Shown: positions 17,312 through 27,412, counted from the stretch's first letter. The stretch: 37,237 nucleotides of DNA from Brevundimonas sp. (GCA_035654315.1 DASRXE010000040.1:1-37237); one strand, 5' to 3'. The notes: generated by a model not told the origin, from the letters alone. Numbers and translations: made by a program.

Positions 17312-17824
17312 ATGACCGAAACCCTGAGTCCCGCGCTTCCGGATGATGTCGAGACCGCGATCGACCGCCTGCTGCACCTCGCCGACCAACGCGGCGTGAC
17401 CCTGGCCACGGCCGAGAGCTGCACCGGAGGCCTGATCGCCTCGGTGCTGACCGACGTGGAGGGCCGGTCGCACGTCTTCGAGCGCGGCTATGTGGTCTAC
17501 ACCAACGACGCCAAGGCCGACGAACTGGCGGTGCCGCTGCGGCTCATCGAGCAGAACGGCGCCGTGTCCGAGGCCGTCGCCCGGGCCATGGCCGAGGGGG
17601 CGCTCCGTGCCTCGGGCGCCGGAGCCGCGGTGTCGGTGACCGGCTTTGCGGGCTCGGCCGGGCCGGACGACGAGCCGGGGCTGGTCCACTTCGCCGTCGC
17701 CGCGTCCGGCATCCCTACCGCCCATGAGGAGCATCATTTCGGCGACATCGGCCGCGGGCCGGTGCGGCTCGAATGCCTGCGCGTCGCCCTGCGCATGATC
17801 GAACAGGCGGTCACCAACCGTTAA
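17312..17824 (+). CDS. CinA C-terminal domain protein (PncC-like NMN deamidase)
   Basis: LATAESCTGG, YTNDAK, GAVSEAVARAMAEGA, TGFAG. Confidence 0.92.
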   Translation: MTETLSPALPDDVETAIDRLLHLADQRGVTLATAESCTGGLIASVLTDVEGRSHVFERGYVVYTNDAKADELAVPLRLIEQNGAVSEAVARAMAEGALRASGAGAAVSVTGFAGSAGPDDEPGLVHFAVAASGIPTAHEEHHFGDIGRGPVRLECLRVALRMIEQAVTNR

Positions 17825-17860
17825 CCGCGTTGAAAGGCCGCTGCGCGAGGGTGCGCGCGT

Positions 17861-20731
17861 ATGTCCGGCGCCTCGTCAAAACGCATCCTGAGAACCACCG
17901 TCGCCGCCGCCGCGGCCGGCGCGGTCCTCTTCGCGCCCTTGGCGCCGCTGGCCCAGGAGGCCGGCGCCGCGCTGAATCCGGTCACCATCCGCATCGGCGC
18001 CAACGCCGAGTTCACCCGCATCGAGTTCGCCGGTGCGGTCGGTTCGCGCGCCCGGGTGCGCCGCGCCGCCGACCAGGTCATCATCCGCATCGGCTCCACC
18101 GCCGCCCCCGACATCTCCCGTCTCAAGGTTGATCCGCCCAAGGGCGTCGAAAAGGTCGAGACCCGCGCCGTCCAGGGCGGCACCGAACTGGTCCTGACCC
18201 TCGCCCCCGGGGCGGGGATGCGAACCGGCAGCGCCGACGGAGCCGTCTATCTGAACCTCTACGCCGAAGCGCCCGGGGACCCGGCCGGATCGGCCGCGTC
18301 CCCGGTGCCGGTCGTCGCCCACGCCTCGCCCGGCAAGTTCAGCCTGGCCTTTCAATGGTCCCGCGCCGTCGGCGCCGCCGTGTTCCGGCGCGGCGAGGCG
18401 GTGTGGATCGTGTTCGACACTCCGGCGCGGCTCGACCTGTCCGGCGCCGAAGCGCTGGGTCCCGTCTCGGATCTCCACTGGACCGCCGGGCCCGACCACG
18501 TCGCCGTGCGGGTCGCCGCGCCGTCTGGCGCCCCGGTGTCCGCCGCCGCCAGCGGCTCGACCTGGACGGTGACCATCGGCGGCGAGCCCGTGGCGGTCGA
18601 GGGCGTGCGGGTCGACCGGGACGATACGGGCAAGCCGGCCCTCGTCGCCCGCATGGCCGGCGCAACCAGGGCGATCTGGCTGACCGATCCGCTGGCCGGC
18701 GACCGCTTCGCCGCCGTCACGGCCCTGGCCCCGGGCAAGGGCTTCGCGGATCGGCGCAAGACGGTGGACCTGGCCCTGCTGCCCACCGCCCACGGCCTGG
18801 CCGTCGCGACGTCCGCCACCGACCTCGCCGTCCACGCCGACGGCGACCTGGTCACTCTCAGCCGTCCCGGCGGCCTGACCCTGTCGCCGCCCTCCGCCGG
18901 ACTGGACGCCGCGCCCGCCGTCGGCGGCGCCCCGGTTCGCGCCCGCTACCCCGGCCTGATCCTCAGCGAATGGGCGGATGTCGGCCACGCCGGCTTTCCA
19001 GCCCGCTACCGCCAGCTCCAGAGCGCCGCCGCCGCCGAGGCCGTCGCCGCCGGGGAGGACCCCCGCGCTCCGGCCGAGGCCCGCTTCGCCCTGGCCCGTT
19101 TCCTGGTCGGCTCAGGTCTCGGGTACGAGGCCATAGGCGTCCTCGACGCCATCGTCGCCAACGCCCCGAACATGGGCGGAGAGCCCGAACTGCGCGGCCT
19201 GCGCGGCGCGGCCCGCGCCTCGATCGGCCGCTTCGAGGAAGCCCAGGGCGACTTCGCCACGGCCGCCGTGGCCGGCGACCCCGCCTCGGCCGTCTGGCGC
19301 GGCTACATGGCTTCGGCCCGGGGCGACCACGTCGCCGCCCGACAGGCCTTCGCCGACGGAGCCCGGGCGGTCGACGCCTTCCCCGCCCCCTGGCGCGCCC
19401 GCTTCGGCGCCGCCCACGCCCTGTCGGCGCTGGAGACCGGAGATCTCGAAGCCGCCCGCGTCCTGCTGGCCTACAGCTTCAGCCAGGACGCGCCGGCCGC
19501 CGATCAGCTGGCCGCCCGCCTCGTCCAAGCCCGGCTGTTCGAACTGGACGGGCAGTCGGACCGCGCCCTCGCCGTCTACACTGCGATCGGCCGCGCGCCG
19601 CTCGACGCCGTCGCCGTGCCGGCGAAGCTCGGCGTCGTCCGCCTGTCGCTGGCCAAGGGGGCGATGAAGCCCGACGTCGCCGCCTCCGCGCTCGAGAGCC
19701 TGCGCTGGCGCTGGCGCGGCGACGCCACCGAATTGGCGGTCATCCGTCAGCTGGGCCAGCTCTACCTGTCCCAGGGTCTGTACCGCGAAGCCCTGACGGC
19801 GCTGAAGGGCGCCGGCCCGGGACTGCATCGCCTCAACGGCGCCGCGGACATCCAGGCCGACCTTGGCGCCGCCTTCCGCATGCTGTTCCTCGAGGGCGGC
19901 GCGGATGGCCTGCAGCCGGTGCAGGCGCTGGGCCTGTTCTACGATTTCCGCGAGCTGACCCCGATCGGCGCCGACGGCGACGAGATGGTCCGCCGCCTGG
20001 CCCGCCGACTGGTCGACGTCGACCTGCTCGACCAGGCCGCCGAACTGCTCAAATATCAGGTCGAGAACCGGCTGGACGGGGTCGCCAAGGCCCAGGTCGC
20101 GACCGATCTGGCCATGGTCTATCTGATGGACCGCCAGCCCGAGGCCGCGCTGCAGGCCATCTGGACGTCGCGCACCACCCTGCTGCCCTCAGCGCTGAAC
20201 GCCGAGCGGCGCGCCCTGGAGGCGCGGGCGTTGAGCGATCTGGGCCGCTACGATCACGCGCTGGAGGTGCTCGGCTCCGATTCCAGCGCCGAAGCCCGGG
20301 ACGTCCGCGCCGAAGTGCTGTGGAAACAGGAGAATTGGGCTGCCGCCGCCGCCCTCTACGAGGCGCGTCTGGGCGACCGTTTCAAGGATCCGGCCGCGCT
20401 TACGGCGGACGAGGAGGCCCGGCTGATCCGCGCCGGCGTCGGCTATTCGCTGGGCCGGGAGGCGGGCGCCCTGACCCGGCTGTCGCGCAACTACCGCCCC
20501 TTCGTCGCCGGAGCGCGGGCGAAGTCGGCGCTGTCGGTCGCCCTGGATACGGGCGAGGGCGGCGGCCCCTCCGCCGGGGACTTCGCCGCCCTGACGGCCT
20601 CGGCCGACACCTTCGCCGGCTGGGTCTCGACCATGAAGGCCGACCTCAGACGGAAAACGGGCGGAGGCCGACCCGCGGCCCCCGCCCGTCCTCAAGCAGC
20701 GGCAGCGGCGCCGGTTCGGCCCGCTGCCTGA
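17861..20731 (+). CDS. Large exported protein: beta-rich N-terminus and TPR-like C-terminus, probably flagellar-associated
   Basis: Signal peptide, FTRIEF, AAVFRRGEAVWIVFD, LRWRWRGD, RRLARRLVDVDLLDQAAELL, helical repeats. Lies convergent to the fliP side of the flagellar cluster. Confidence 0.75.
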   Translation: MSGASSKRILRTTVAAAAAGAVLFAPLAPLAQEAGAALNPVTIRIGANAEFTRIEFAGAVGSRARVRRAADQVIIRIGSTAAPDISRLKVDPPKGVEKVETRAVQGGTELVLTLAPGAGMRTGSADGAVYLNLYAEAPGDPAGSAASPVPVVAHASPGKFSLAFQWSRAVGAAVFRRGEAVWIVFDTPARLDLSGAEALGPVSDLHWTAGPDHVAVRVAAPSGAPVSAAASGSTWTVTIGGEPVAVEGVRVDRDDTGKPALVARMAGATRAIWLTDPLAGDRFAAVTALAPGKGFADRRKTVDLALLPTAHGLAVATSATDLAVHADGDLVTLSRPGGLTLSPPSAGLDAAPAVGGAPVRARYPGLILSEWADVGHAGFPARYRQLQSAAAAEAVAAGEDPRAPAEARFALARFLVGSGLGYEAIGVLDAIVANAPNMGGEPELRGLRGAARASIGRFEEAQGDFATAAVAGDPASAVWRGYMASARGDHVAARQAFADGARAVDAFPAPWRARFGAAHALSALETGDLEAARVLLAYSFSQDAPAADQLAARLVQARLFELDGQSDRALAVYTAIGRAPLDAVAVPAKLGVVRLSLAKGAMKPDVAASALESLRWRWRGDATELAVIRQLGQLYLSQGLYREALTALKGAGPGLHRLNGAADIQADLGAAFRMLFLEGGADGLQPVQALGLFYDFRELTPIGADGDEMVRRLARRLVDVDLLDQAAELLKYQVENRLDGVAKAQVATDLAMVYLMDRQPEAALQAIWTSRTTLLPSALNAERRALEARALSDLGRYDHALEVLGSDSSAEARDVRAEVLWKQENWAAAAALYEARLGDRFKDPAALTADEEARLIRAGVGYSLGREAGALTRLSRNYRPFVAGARAKSALSVALDTGEGGGPSAGDFAALTASADTFAGWVSTMKADLRRKTGGGRPAAPARPQAAAAAPVRPAA

Positions 20732-20743
20732 ACCCTTCGGTTC

Positions 20744-21022
20744 TTACTTGTTGACCGCGTCCTTGAGCGGCTTCGACACGCGGAAGCGCACGGCCTTGGA
20801 GGCGGCGATCTTGATCGTCGCGCCGGTGGCCGGGTTGCGGCCTTCACGGGCGGCGCGGGCGGCGGTGTCGAACACGCCCAGGTTCGAGATGCGAACGTCG
20901 CCGCCGGCGGTCAGCGACTTGTGGATGTTCTTCACCAGGGCGTCGAGAACGCGGCCGGCGTCGGCTTGCGAGACGCCCGCGTCCTTGGCGGCGGCGGCGA
21001 TGAGTTCGGCTTGAGTGGTCAT
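20744..21022 (-). CDS. hup: HU family DNA-binding protein
   Basis: 92 aa with ELI, RAAREGRNPATG and LKDAVN. Confidence 0.92.
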   Translation of the reverse strand: MTTQAELIAAAAKDAGVSQADAGRVLDALVKNIHKSLTAGGDVRISNLGVFDTAARAAREGRNPATGATIKIAASKAVRFRVSKPLKDAVNK

Positions 21023-21143
21023 TGTGGGTCGTTTCCCGATTGAAGCTCGCCCCCCAATTCAAGGGCGATGACGAACGGATTGACGCCGCTTTTTCTTCCC
21101 TTGGCAAGCGACTTTGCCGTTCAAACGCCCACGGGCTGGGGAT

Positions 21144-21959
21144 TTACCCGCTCCCGGACGCCCTCTGGAAGCTCTCGACGAGGCTCCCGGCGACCAGTCT
21201 CCACCCGTCCACCAGCACGAAAAAGATCAGCTTGAACGGCAGGGAAATGACCACCGGCGGCAGCATCATCATACCCATCGACATGAGCACGCTGGCGACC
21301 ACCAGATCGATCACAAGGAACGGAACGAAAAGGAGAAATCCAATCTCGAAGGCCCGCTTCAACTCGCTGATCATGAAGGCCGGAGTGACCACCCTCAGGG
21401 GCAGGTCGGCGACCGGCGTGGCGGCCTCCACATTGGACAGCCGGGTGAACAGCGAGAGGTCGTCCTGGTCGACCTGGCCGAGCATGAAAGTCTTCACAGG
21501 TTCCGAGGCCGCATCGAAGGCCTGGGGCAGCTCCATCTGCTGATCCAGCAGCGGTCGGATGCCCGAATCATAGGCGTCCTGCCATGTCGGGGCCATGACG
21601 ATGGCGCTCAGAAACAGGGCGAGGGACACCAGAACGGCGTTGGGCGGCGCCTGCTGCATGCCCAGGGCGGTGCGCAGCAGCGACAGCACCACGACGATGC
21701 GTACGAAGCTGGTGGTCATGATCACGATCGACGGCGCCAGCGACAGCACGGTCATCAACCCGACCAGCTGCACCACCCGTTCGGTCAGGCCCGAGCCGGT
21801 GCCCAGGTCGATATTGATCGCCGACCCCGACTGGGCCACGTCCTGCGCCAGCGCCGCCAGCGGCCAGACCAGACACAGGGCGGTGGTCAGAAGCGACAGC
21901 AGCGCCGCCCGCTTCAGTTCGGCGCGGGTCGGCAAGACGAAGACGTCCCTTAGGGTCAC
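21144..21959 (-). CDS. fliP: Flagellar export protein FliP
   Basis: MTTSFVRIVVVLSLLRTALG, PAFMISELKRAFEIGF, LPFKLIFFVLVDGW. GTG start overlaps the fliO stop. Confidence 0.96.
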   Translation of the reverse strand: MTLRDVFVLPTRAELKRAALLSLLTTALCLVWPLAALAQDVAQSGSAINIDLGTGSGLTERVVQLVGLMTVLSLAPSIVIMTTSFVRIVVVLSLLRTALGMQQAPPNAVLVSLALFLSAIVMAPTWQDAYDSGIRPLLDQQMELPQAFDAASEPVKTFMLGQVDQDDLSLFTRLSNVEAATPVADLPLRVVTPAFMISELKRAFEIGFLLFVPFLVIDLVVASVLMSMGMMMLPPVVISLPFKLIFFVLVDGWRLVAGSLVESFQRASGSG

Positions 21960-22231
21960 CTGCCGGCTCCCGGCCCGCGCGGCTCGACCAGTTCCCGGCC
22001 CTCGCCGAGAATCAGCAGCCGTTCCTCGTTGTCGATCCTGACCAGCACCAGTCGCCGCGCCGGGTCCAGCACCAGGGTTTCGACCACCGTCATGCGCCGC
22101 TCGCCGCGGTCGGCGTTCAACTTCGCCATCAGCTGCGGCGCGTAGCGGCGCGCCGCCCAGGCGGCCAGGCCGATGATTCCGAGAGTGAAGGCCAGGGCGA
22201 AAAGCGCCCTCAGCAGATCGAGAAAATTCAT
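21956..22231 (-). CDS. fliO: Flagellar protein FliO
   Basis: N-terminal TM, VVETLVLDPARRLVLVR. Directly upstream of fliP. Confidence 0.9.
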   Translation of the reverse strand: MNFLDLLRALFALAFTLGIIGLAAWAARRYAPQLMAKLNADRGERRMTVVETLVLDPARRLVLVRIDNEERLLILGEGRELVEPRGPGAGR

Positions 22232-22284
22232 GCGACAGCCCCGCCGGCGAAGCATGTCCGGCGGGCCAGCCTTCCGCGATCATG

Positions 22285-22317
22285 GTTAACGAGCCGTTGA
22301 GATAACCCGACGTTAAC
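22285..22317. promoter_or_regulatory. Two oppositely oriented CtrA-like boxes in the fliO/flgB divergent promoter
   Basis: Minus strand TCAA-N7-TTAAC (22285-22300) and plus strand ATAA-N7-TTAAC (22302-22317). Each is one mismatch from TTAA-N7-TTAAC. Confidence 0.75.
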
Positions 22318-22396
22318 CATGGAGGCGGCAGTTTCTGCCCATCCGACCGTGGGTGATCCACACCCATTGAAATCGCTGGAAAGGAGGCAGACGCCC

Positions 22397-22801
22397 GTGT
22401 CCATCACCGACCTGCCGCTGCTCAGCCAGATCAAGGGCCGACTCACCTGGCTGGATGAACGCCAGCGCGTTATCGCCGAGAACGTCGCCAACGCCGACAC
22501 GCCCGGCTACGTCGGCCGCGATCTGAACCAGCCGACCGACTTCGCTGCGGCCCTGCGCGGCGGCGGTCCGCTGTCTATGACCCGCACCAGCGCCATGCAC
22601 ATCGCCCCGGCGGGGCCGACCGCTCGTTTCGACGCTCATAAGGCCCCGGATTCCGAGACCACGCTCGACGGCAATTCGGTCGTGGTCGAGGAACAGATGC
22701 TGAAGATGGCCGAGAGCCGCATGGCCTATGACGCCGCCATCGGCCTGTACCAGAAGTCGATGCAGATGCTGCGTCTGGCCGCCAGGCCGCCCGGCCGCTG
22801 A
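22397..22801 (+). CDS. flgB: Flagellar basal-body rod protein FlgB
   Basis: RQRVIAENVANADTPGY, DGNSV. AGGAGG RBS and GTG start. Confidence 0.96.
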   Translation: MSITDLPLLSQIKGRLTWLDERQRVIAENVANADTPGYVGRDLNQPTDFAAALRGGGPLSMTRTSAMHIAPAGPTARFDAHKAPDSETTLDGNSVVVEEQMLKMAESRMAYDAAIGLYQKSMQMLRLAARPPGR

Positions 22802-22819
22802 CGTCGTGAGGAGTAGCCG

Positions 22820-23239
22820 ATGACCGATCCCGTCCCGCCCCGCAACAGCGCCATGTCCGTGGCCGCCAGCGCGCTCAAGGCCCAGCAGTCGCGCATGCGG
22901 GTGATCGCCGAGAACATCGCCAACGCCCAATCCACCGCGCAGGTGGCGGGCGGCGAGCCCTACCGCCGGCAGATACCGGTTTTTCAGGCCCGCGAGATCG
23001 ACGGCGCCACCGGCGTCACCCTCGCCGAGGTCCGCCCCGACATGGGCGACTTCCGCTCCGAATACGATCCGTCCCATCCGGCTGCGAACGCCGAGGGCTA
23101 CGTCCTGCGGCCCAACGTCGACACCCTGGTCGAGGCCATGGACATGCGTGAGGCCCAGCGTGCCTACGAAGCCAACCTGAACGTCATCGAGACGGCGCGG
23201 TCCATGGACAGCCGCACCCTCGACCTGCTGAAGCGATAG
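22820..23239 (+). CDS. flgC: Flagellar basal-body rod protein FlgC
   Basis: [27 protein letters not shown]. Confidence 0.97.
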   Translation: MTDPVPPRNSAMSVAASALKAQQSRMRVIAENIANAQSTAQVAGGEPYRRQIPVFQAREIDGATGVTLAEVRPDMGDFRSEYDPSHPAANAEGYVLRPNVDTLVEAMDMREAQRAYEANLNVIETARSMDSRTLDLLKR

Positions 23240-23249
23240 AGGCTCAACG

Positions 23250-23549
23250 ATGAACCCCTTGATGGCGGCCAAGGCCTATGCGTCGGTGCAGGGCGGAGCC
23301 ATGCCCACCGCGCCGACGGCCCCTGCGGCCCAGTCCGGCTTCGCCGATCTGCTCAGCAACGTCATGGGCGACATGACCCAGACCTCGAAGGTCGCCGAGA
23401 CCCAGATGACCGCCATGGTCCAGGGGCAGGGCAGCCTGATCGATGTGGTCACCGCCGTGTCCTCGGCCGAGGCTTCGCTGGAAACCGTCATGGCCGTCCG
23501 CGACCAGGTCATCTCCGCCTACCAGGAGATCATGCGGATGCCGATCTGA
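23250..23549 (+). CDS. fliE: Flagellar hook-basal body protein FliE
   Basis: [18 protein letters not shown]-terminus. Confidence 0.96.
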   Translation: MNPLMAAKAYASVQGGAMPTAPTAPAAQSGFADLLSNVMGDMTQTSKVAETQMTAMVQGQGSLIDVVTAVSSAEASLETVMAVRDQVISAYQEIMRMPI

Positions 23550-23652
23550 CGCTCCTGACGCGCTGATCAACCTTACGGCGATTTCATCCGCCGCGGCGCA
23601 TCCGCCGGGCTACGAGCGGGCCTCCAGGCAGAACAGAAGCTTTGGAGCCTCC

Positions 23653-24969
23653 ATGTCCCGCCTGACCCTCGCCGCCGCCGCCCTGATCGCCGCCTGCCTG
23701 CCCACAGCCGCCGCCGCCCAGCGCGCGCCCCAGCCGGTGACGGTGGTCAGGGCCGGAAACCTGTTCGATTCAGAGGCCGGCCGCATGGTCGGCCCGCGCG
23801 ACATCCTGATCCGCGGCGATCGGGTCGCCGAAGTGGGGCAGGGGCTGGCCGCGCCGGACGGGGCGACCGTGATCGACCTGTCCCGTTGCTCCGTCCTGCC
23901 CGGCCTGATCGACGCCCACACCCACCTGCTGCTGGAGCAGCGCCAGGGCGAGGGACTGTCCGAGACCGCCGCCCGGGACTACGCCGCCCAGGGCGACGTC
24001 CACCGGGTCCTCAGCGGGGTCCGGCGCGGCAGGCAGTATCTCGAGGCGGGCTTCACCACCGTCCGCGACCTGGGCAACTCCGGCCGCCATCTCGACCTCA
24101 TGCTCGAGCGGGGGATCAACGAGGGGCTGGTCGCGGGGCCGCGCATCTACGGATCCGGCCCGGGCCTCGCCCCGGCGGGCGGTCAGATGGAGCCGCTGCC
24201 GTCCGATCCGCATCAACTCGTCGGCGCCGAATACCGCATCGTCACCAGCCCGGACGATGCCCGCGCCGCCGTGCGCGACGCCATCGCCCGCGGCGCCGAC
24301 GTCATCAAGATCTTTCCCGAGGCGACCCCCCAGCGCACCCGCATGTCGGTGGCCGAAATCGCAGCGGTGGTCGCGGAAGCGAAGCGGCACAACATCCCCG
24401 TCGCCGCCCACGCCACGAACGAAGCCGCCATCCGCGAGGCCGTGGAAGCGGGGGTCACCTCGATCGAGCACGGCTACGACATCTCCGACGACACCCTTGG
24501 GCTGATGGCCCAAAAGGGCGTCTGGCTGGTGCCGAGCGACGCCTCCGTCGAAATGGCGCTGGAGTTCAGCTCCACCTGGCCCCGGCAGCCGTCGCGCGAG
24601 GAGATCGAGGGGCATTTCCTGGCGGGCCGCGAGCGCCTGATGCGCGCCCACCGGCTCGGCGTCCGCATCGCGCTGGGTTCCGACCTCTATGTTCCCTACG
24701 GCCCGGGCCGGGGCGCGGGTTCGCACGCCACCATGCAGGGCTACGTCGAGGCCGGGCTGTCGCCGGCGCAGGCGCTGCAGTCCGCGACATGGGAGGCCGG
24801 CCGGCTGCTCGGCGACGACGCCCTGGGCGTTCTGAGGCCGCAGGCCTGGGCCGATCTGGTCGCTGTCGAGGGCGATCCGACGCAGGGCCTGTCGCCGCTG
24901 CGTGCGCCGCGGCTGGTCATGAAGGGCGGGCGGATCGAGGCGGGCGAGGCCTCGGCCTGCGCCGGCTGA
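23653..24969 (+). CDS. Exported metal-dependent amidohydrolase (Xaa-Pro dipeptidase-like subgroup)
   Basis: Signal peptide, LPGLIDAHTH, GFTTVRDLG, ADVIK, AAHA, SIEHG, LGSD. Confidence 0.9.
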   Translation: MSRLTLAAAALIAACLPTAAAAQRAPQPVTVVRAGNLFDSEAGRMVGPRDILIRGDRVAEVGQGLAAPDGATVIDLSRCSVLPGLIDAHTHLLLEQRQGEGLSETAARDYAAQGDVHRVLSGVRRGRQYLEAGFTTVRDLGNSGRHLDLMLERGINEGLVAGPRIYGSGPGLAPAGGQMEPLPSDPHQLVGAEYRIVTSPDDARAAVRDAIARGADVIKIFPEATPQRTRMSVAEIAAVVAEAKRHNIPVAAHATNEAAIREAVEAGVTSIEHGYDISDDTLGLMAQKGVWLVPSDASVEMALEFSSTWPRQPSREEIEGHFLAGRERLMRAHRLGVRIALGSDLYVPYGPGRGAGSHATMQGYVEAGLSPAQALQSATWEAGRLLGDDALGVLRPQAWADLVAVEGDPTQGLSPLRAPRLVMKGGRIEAGEASACAG

Positions 24970-25024
24970 TCGGGAACGCCCCCGCGGGACAGGCGCTCTC
25001 ACTTCACACACCCGGAGCGCCGCC

Positions 25025-25408
25025 TTGCTGAAGGACCGCAACTCGTCCGCCATCGTCGCCGTCAGCGATCTCGATCGCGCCCGCGCCTTCTACGAGGACA
25101 CCCTCGGCCTGACCCGCCTCGAGGGCGGCGAGGAAGACGGCGTGCTCGGCTTCCGCACCGGCGACACCCGCCTGACCGTCTACAAGTCCGACTACGCCGG
25201 GACCAACAAGGCCAACGCCGTCAGCTGGGACATGAAAGGCGACCTGGTCGAGACCGTGGACGCCTTGCGCGCCAGGGGCGTCCGCTTCGAGCACTATCCG
25301 GACATGGGCTTGACGCTCAACGGCGACATCCACGAGGCCGGGCCGATGAAGCTGGTCTGGTTCAAGGACCCGGACGGCAACATCCTGCACCTGATCGAGG
25401 GGATGTAG
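25025..25408 (+). CDS. VOC/glyoxalase family protein
   Basis: VSDLDRARAFYEDTLGL and WFKDPDGNIL. TTG start with GGAG RBS. Confidence 0.9.
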   Translation: MLKDRNSSAIVAVSDLDRARAFYEDTLGLTRLEGGEEDGVLGFRTGDTRLTVYKSDYAGTNKANAVSWDMKGDLVETVDALRARGVRFEHYPDMGLTLNGDIHEAGPMKLVWFKDPDGNILHLIEGM

Positions 25409-25411
25409 GCC

Positions 25412-26560
25412 TCAGCCCTCCAGCGACACCACCGGCTGGGTGACTCCGGTCGGCCGCCGCGACCGGCCCTTCAGCCAGGCCCGGATGCGGCTCTGGATCG
25501 GATTGTCGATCACGTAATGGAACACCCAGGCGAAGACGAAGGCCGCGATGACGCCGCCGACCCACAGCACCCATTGCGCCCCGACCGGCAGGGCGAGGCG
25601 GGCGATGGCGACATTGGCCACGCCGAACCAGGCGATCCGCACCACCTCGTTGGTGATGAACATCGAGAACGACACCTGCGCGGCCTTCTCGACCCATTTC
25701 GAGGGCCGCGGCGTCGGGGTCGCGCCGGCCGCCAGTATGATCACCGAGATGCAGGCCAGCGAGACCAGGGCGTGCTTGTCGAAATACTGCACGAAGGCCA
25801 ACGCCAGCGCCGCGCCGATCCCCGCCCAGCCGGCCAGCTTCGGGCTGATCCAGACCTTCTGCGCGAACCACGCCAGCGCTACCCCGAGCCCGAACAGCGG
25901 CAGGGCGCGGATGAAGCCGTAGCCCATGGGCATCTGGTAAACCGGATAGCCGACGAGGCTCCAGGTCAGCTGGTTGGCCAGCAGATAGCCGCCGACCCCC
26001 AGGGCCAGCACGCTCCACGGCCCCAGCCGCATGACGCCCTTCAGCAGCCACGGAAAGACGAGATAGCAGCCGATCAGGGCCGAGATCGACCAGCTCGGCG
26101 CGTTCCAGCCGTAGCCCCCCGGCACGCCGAACGCCTGCGTCAGGCTCAGCTGCGCCCACAGCTGGTCCCAGCGGAACCACTCCGGCGCCCGCGGCGTGAA
26201 GCCCAGCCTGCCGCCGACCACGATCAGCGCCACCAGCCCGAGCCCCATCATCAGGTGCGCCGGCAGCACCCGCAGGTACCGCTTGAGGAAGAAATCCATC
26301 CCCGACGTCCGGCCCGCCGCCACCGAGGCGCCGTAGACCCGCATCAGCACATAGCCGCTGTCGATAAGGAAGAAGTTGGTCAGCAGGAAGCCGCCCCGCT
26401 CGAACACGGGGTGCAGGCTCTCGGCCAGGGCGATCGGCCCCGCGCCCTGGAAGTGATGCAGGATGATCAGCCCGGCCACGATGAAACGCAGCGCGTCGAG
26501 CCAGCCTCCCCGAACGATGGGAAGTGTCTCATTCCGGGTCGAAATCGCCGTCCAGGCCAT
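25412..26560 (-). CDS. Acyltransferase-3 family membrane O-acyltransferase
   Basis: LDALRF, HH, FFLIDSGYV, WNAPSWSISA, SFSMF. About 10 TM helices. Confidence 0.88.
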   Translation of the reverse strand: MAWTAISTRNETLPIVRGGWLDALRFIVAGLIILHHFQGAGPIALAESLHPVFERGGFLLTNFFLIDSGYVLMRVYGASVAAGRTSGMDFFLKRYLRVLPAHLMMGLGLVALIVVGGRLGFTPRAPEWFRWDQLWAQLSLTQAFGVPGGYGWNAPSWSISALIGCYLVFPWLLKGVMRLGPWSVLALGVGGYLLANQLTWSLVGYPVYQMPMGYGFIRALPLFGLGVALAWFAQKVWISPKLAGWAGIGAALALAFVQYFDKHALVSLACISVIILAAGATPTPRPSKWVEKAAQVSFSMFITNEVVRIAWFGVANVAIARLALPVGAQWVLWVGGVIAAFVFAWVFHYVIDNPIQSRIRAWLKGRSRRPTGVTQPVVSLEG

Positions 26561-26617
26561 CGGAAAAGCCTCCTTTGAGGCGAATTCCGCAAGGACCGGG
26601 CCGCGGGGCGGTCTGGC

Positions 26618-27304
26618 CTACCCCCTGACCAGCCGCAGGAACTCCTCGCGCGTCCGGGCGTCGTCGCGGATCACCCCGATCAGGTGGCTCGTCGTCAGGC
26701 TGGTCCCCGGCGCGTTGACGCCCCGCAGGGTCATGCAGCTGTGCTCGGCCTCGATGACCACGCCGACGCCCTGCGGCTGCAGCACCTCCTGGATGGCGCG
26801 AGCGATCTCGGCCGTCATCTTCTCCTGGATTTGCAGGCGCCGGGCGTAGCCGCGCACCACCCGCGCCAGCTTGGAGATGCCGACCACCCGGTCAGTCGGC
26901 AGGTAGGCGACATGGGCCTTGCCGATCACCGGCAGCATGTGGTGCTCGCAGACGCTGACGAAGCGGATGTCTCTGAGGACGATCAGTTCGTCATAGCCGC
27001 CGACCTCCTCGAAGGTGCGCTCCAGGTATTCGCGCGGATCGACGTCGTAGCCCGCGTACATTTCCCGATAGCTGCGCATCACCCGGTCGGGCGTGTCGAC
27101 CAGCCCCTCGCGCTCCGGATTGTCGCCGGTCCAGCGGATCAGGGTCCGCACCGCCGCCCGCACCTCGTCCTCGCCCGGCATGTCGACCTCGCGCCGCCGA
27201 CCGCCGCGCTTCGGCAGCGGCGTCCCCGCCGCCCGCGCCAGCGCCTCTCGCTCGACCCAGCTGCCGTCGCAGTCGGCATCGTGTGTGTGGCGGGCGTCAT
27301 CCAT
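26618..27304 (-). CDS. folE: GTP cyclohydrolase I
   Basis: [42 protein letters not shown]. Confidence 0.96.
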   Translation of the reverse strand: MDDARHTHDADCDGSWVEREALARAAGTPLPKRGGRRREVDMPGEDEVRAAVRTLIRWTGDNPEREGLVDTPDRVMRSYREMYAGYDVDPREYLERTFEEVGGYDELIVLRDIRFVSVCEHHMLPVIGKAHVAYLPTDRVVGISKLARVVRGYARRLQIQEKMTAEIARAIQEVLQPQGVGVVIEAEHSCMTLRGVNAPGTSLTTSHLIGVIRDDARTREEFLRLVRG

Positions 27305-27396
27305 GGCGGCATCCTGTGGGCGGTTGGGCGTAAACGGTGACTGCTCTTAACGCCTGGCGGCCAGGAAGGGGAGCGGCGCCGCTCCACCCGCTCCCG

Positions 27397-27412
27397 CTAA
27401 CGCGCCGTTAAC
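27397..27412 (+). promoter_or_regulatory. CtrA-like box upstream of fliQ
   Basis: CTAA-N7-TTAAC. Confidence 0.7.

Noticed and set aside
18355-20754. 799-aa Arg/Pro-rich alternative-frame ORF
   Set aside because: Off-frame read of GC-rich codons within the TPR-like gene.
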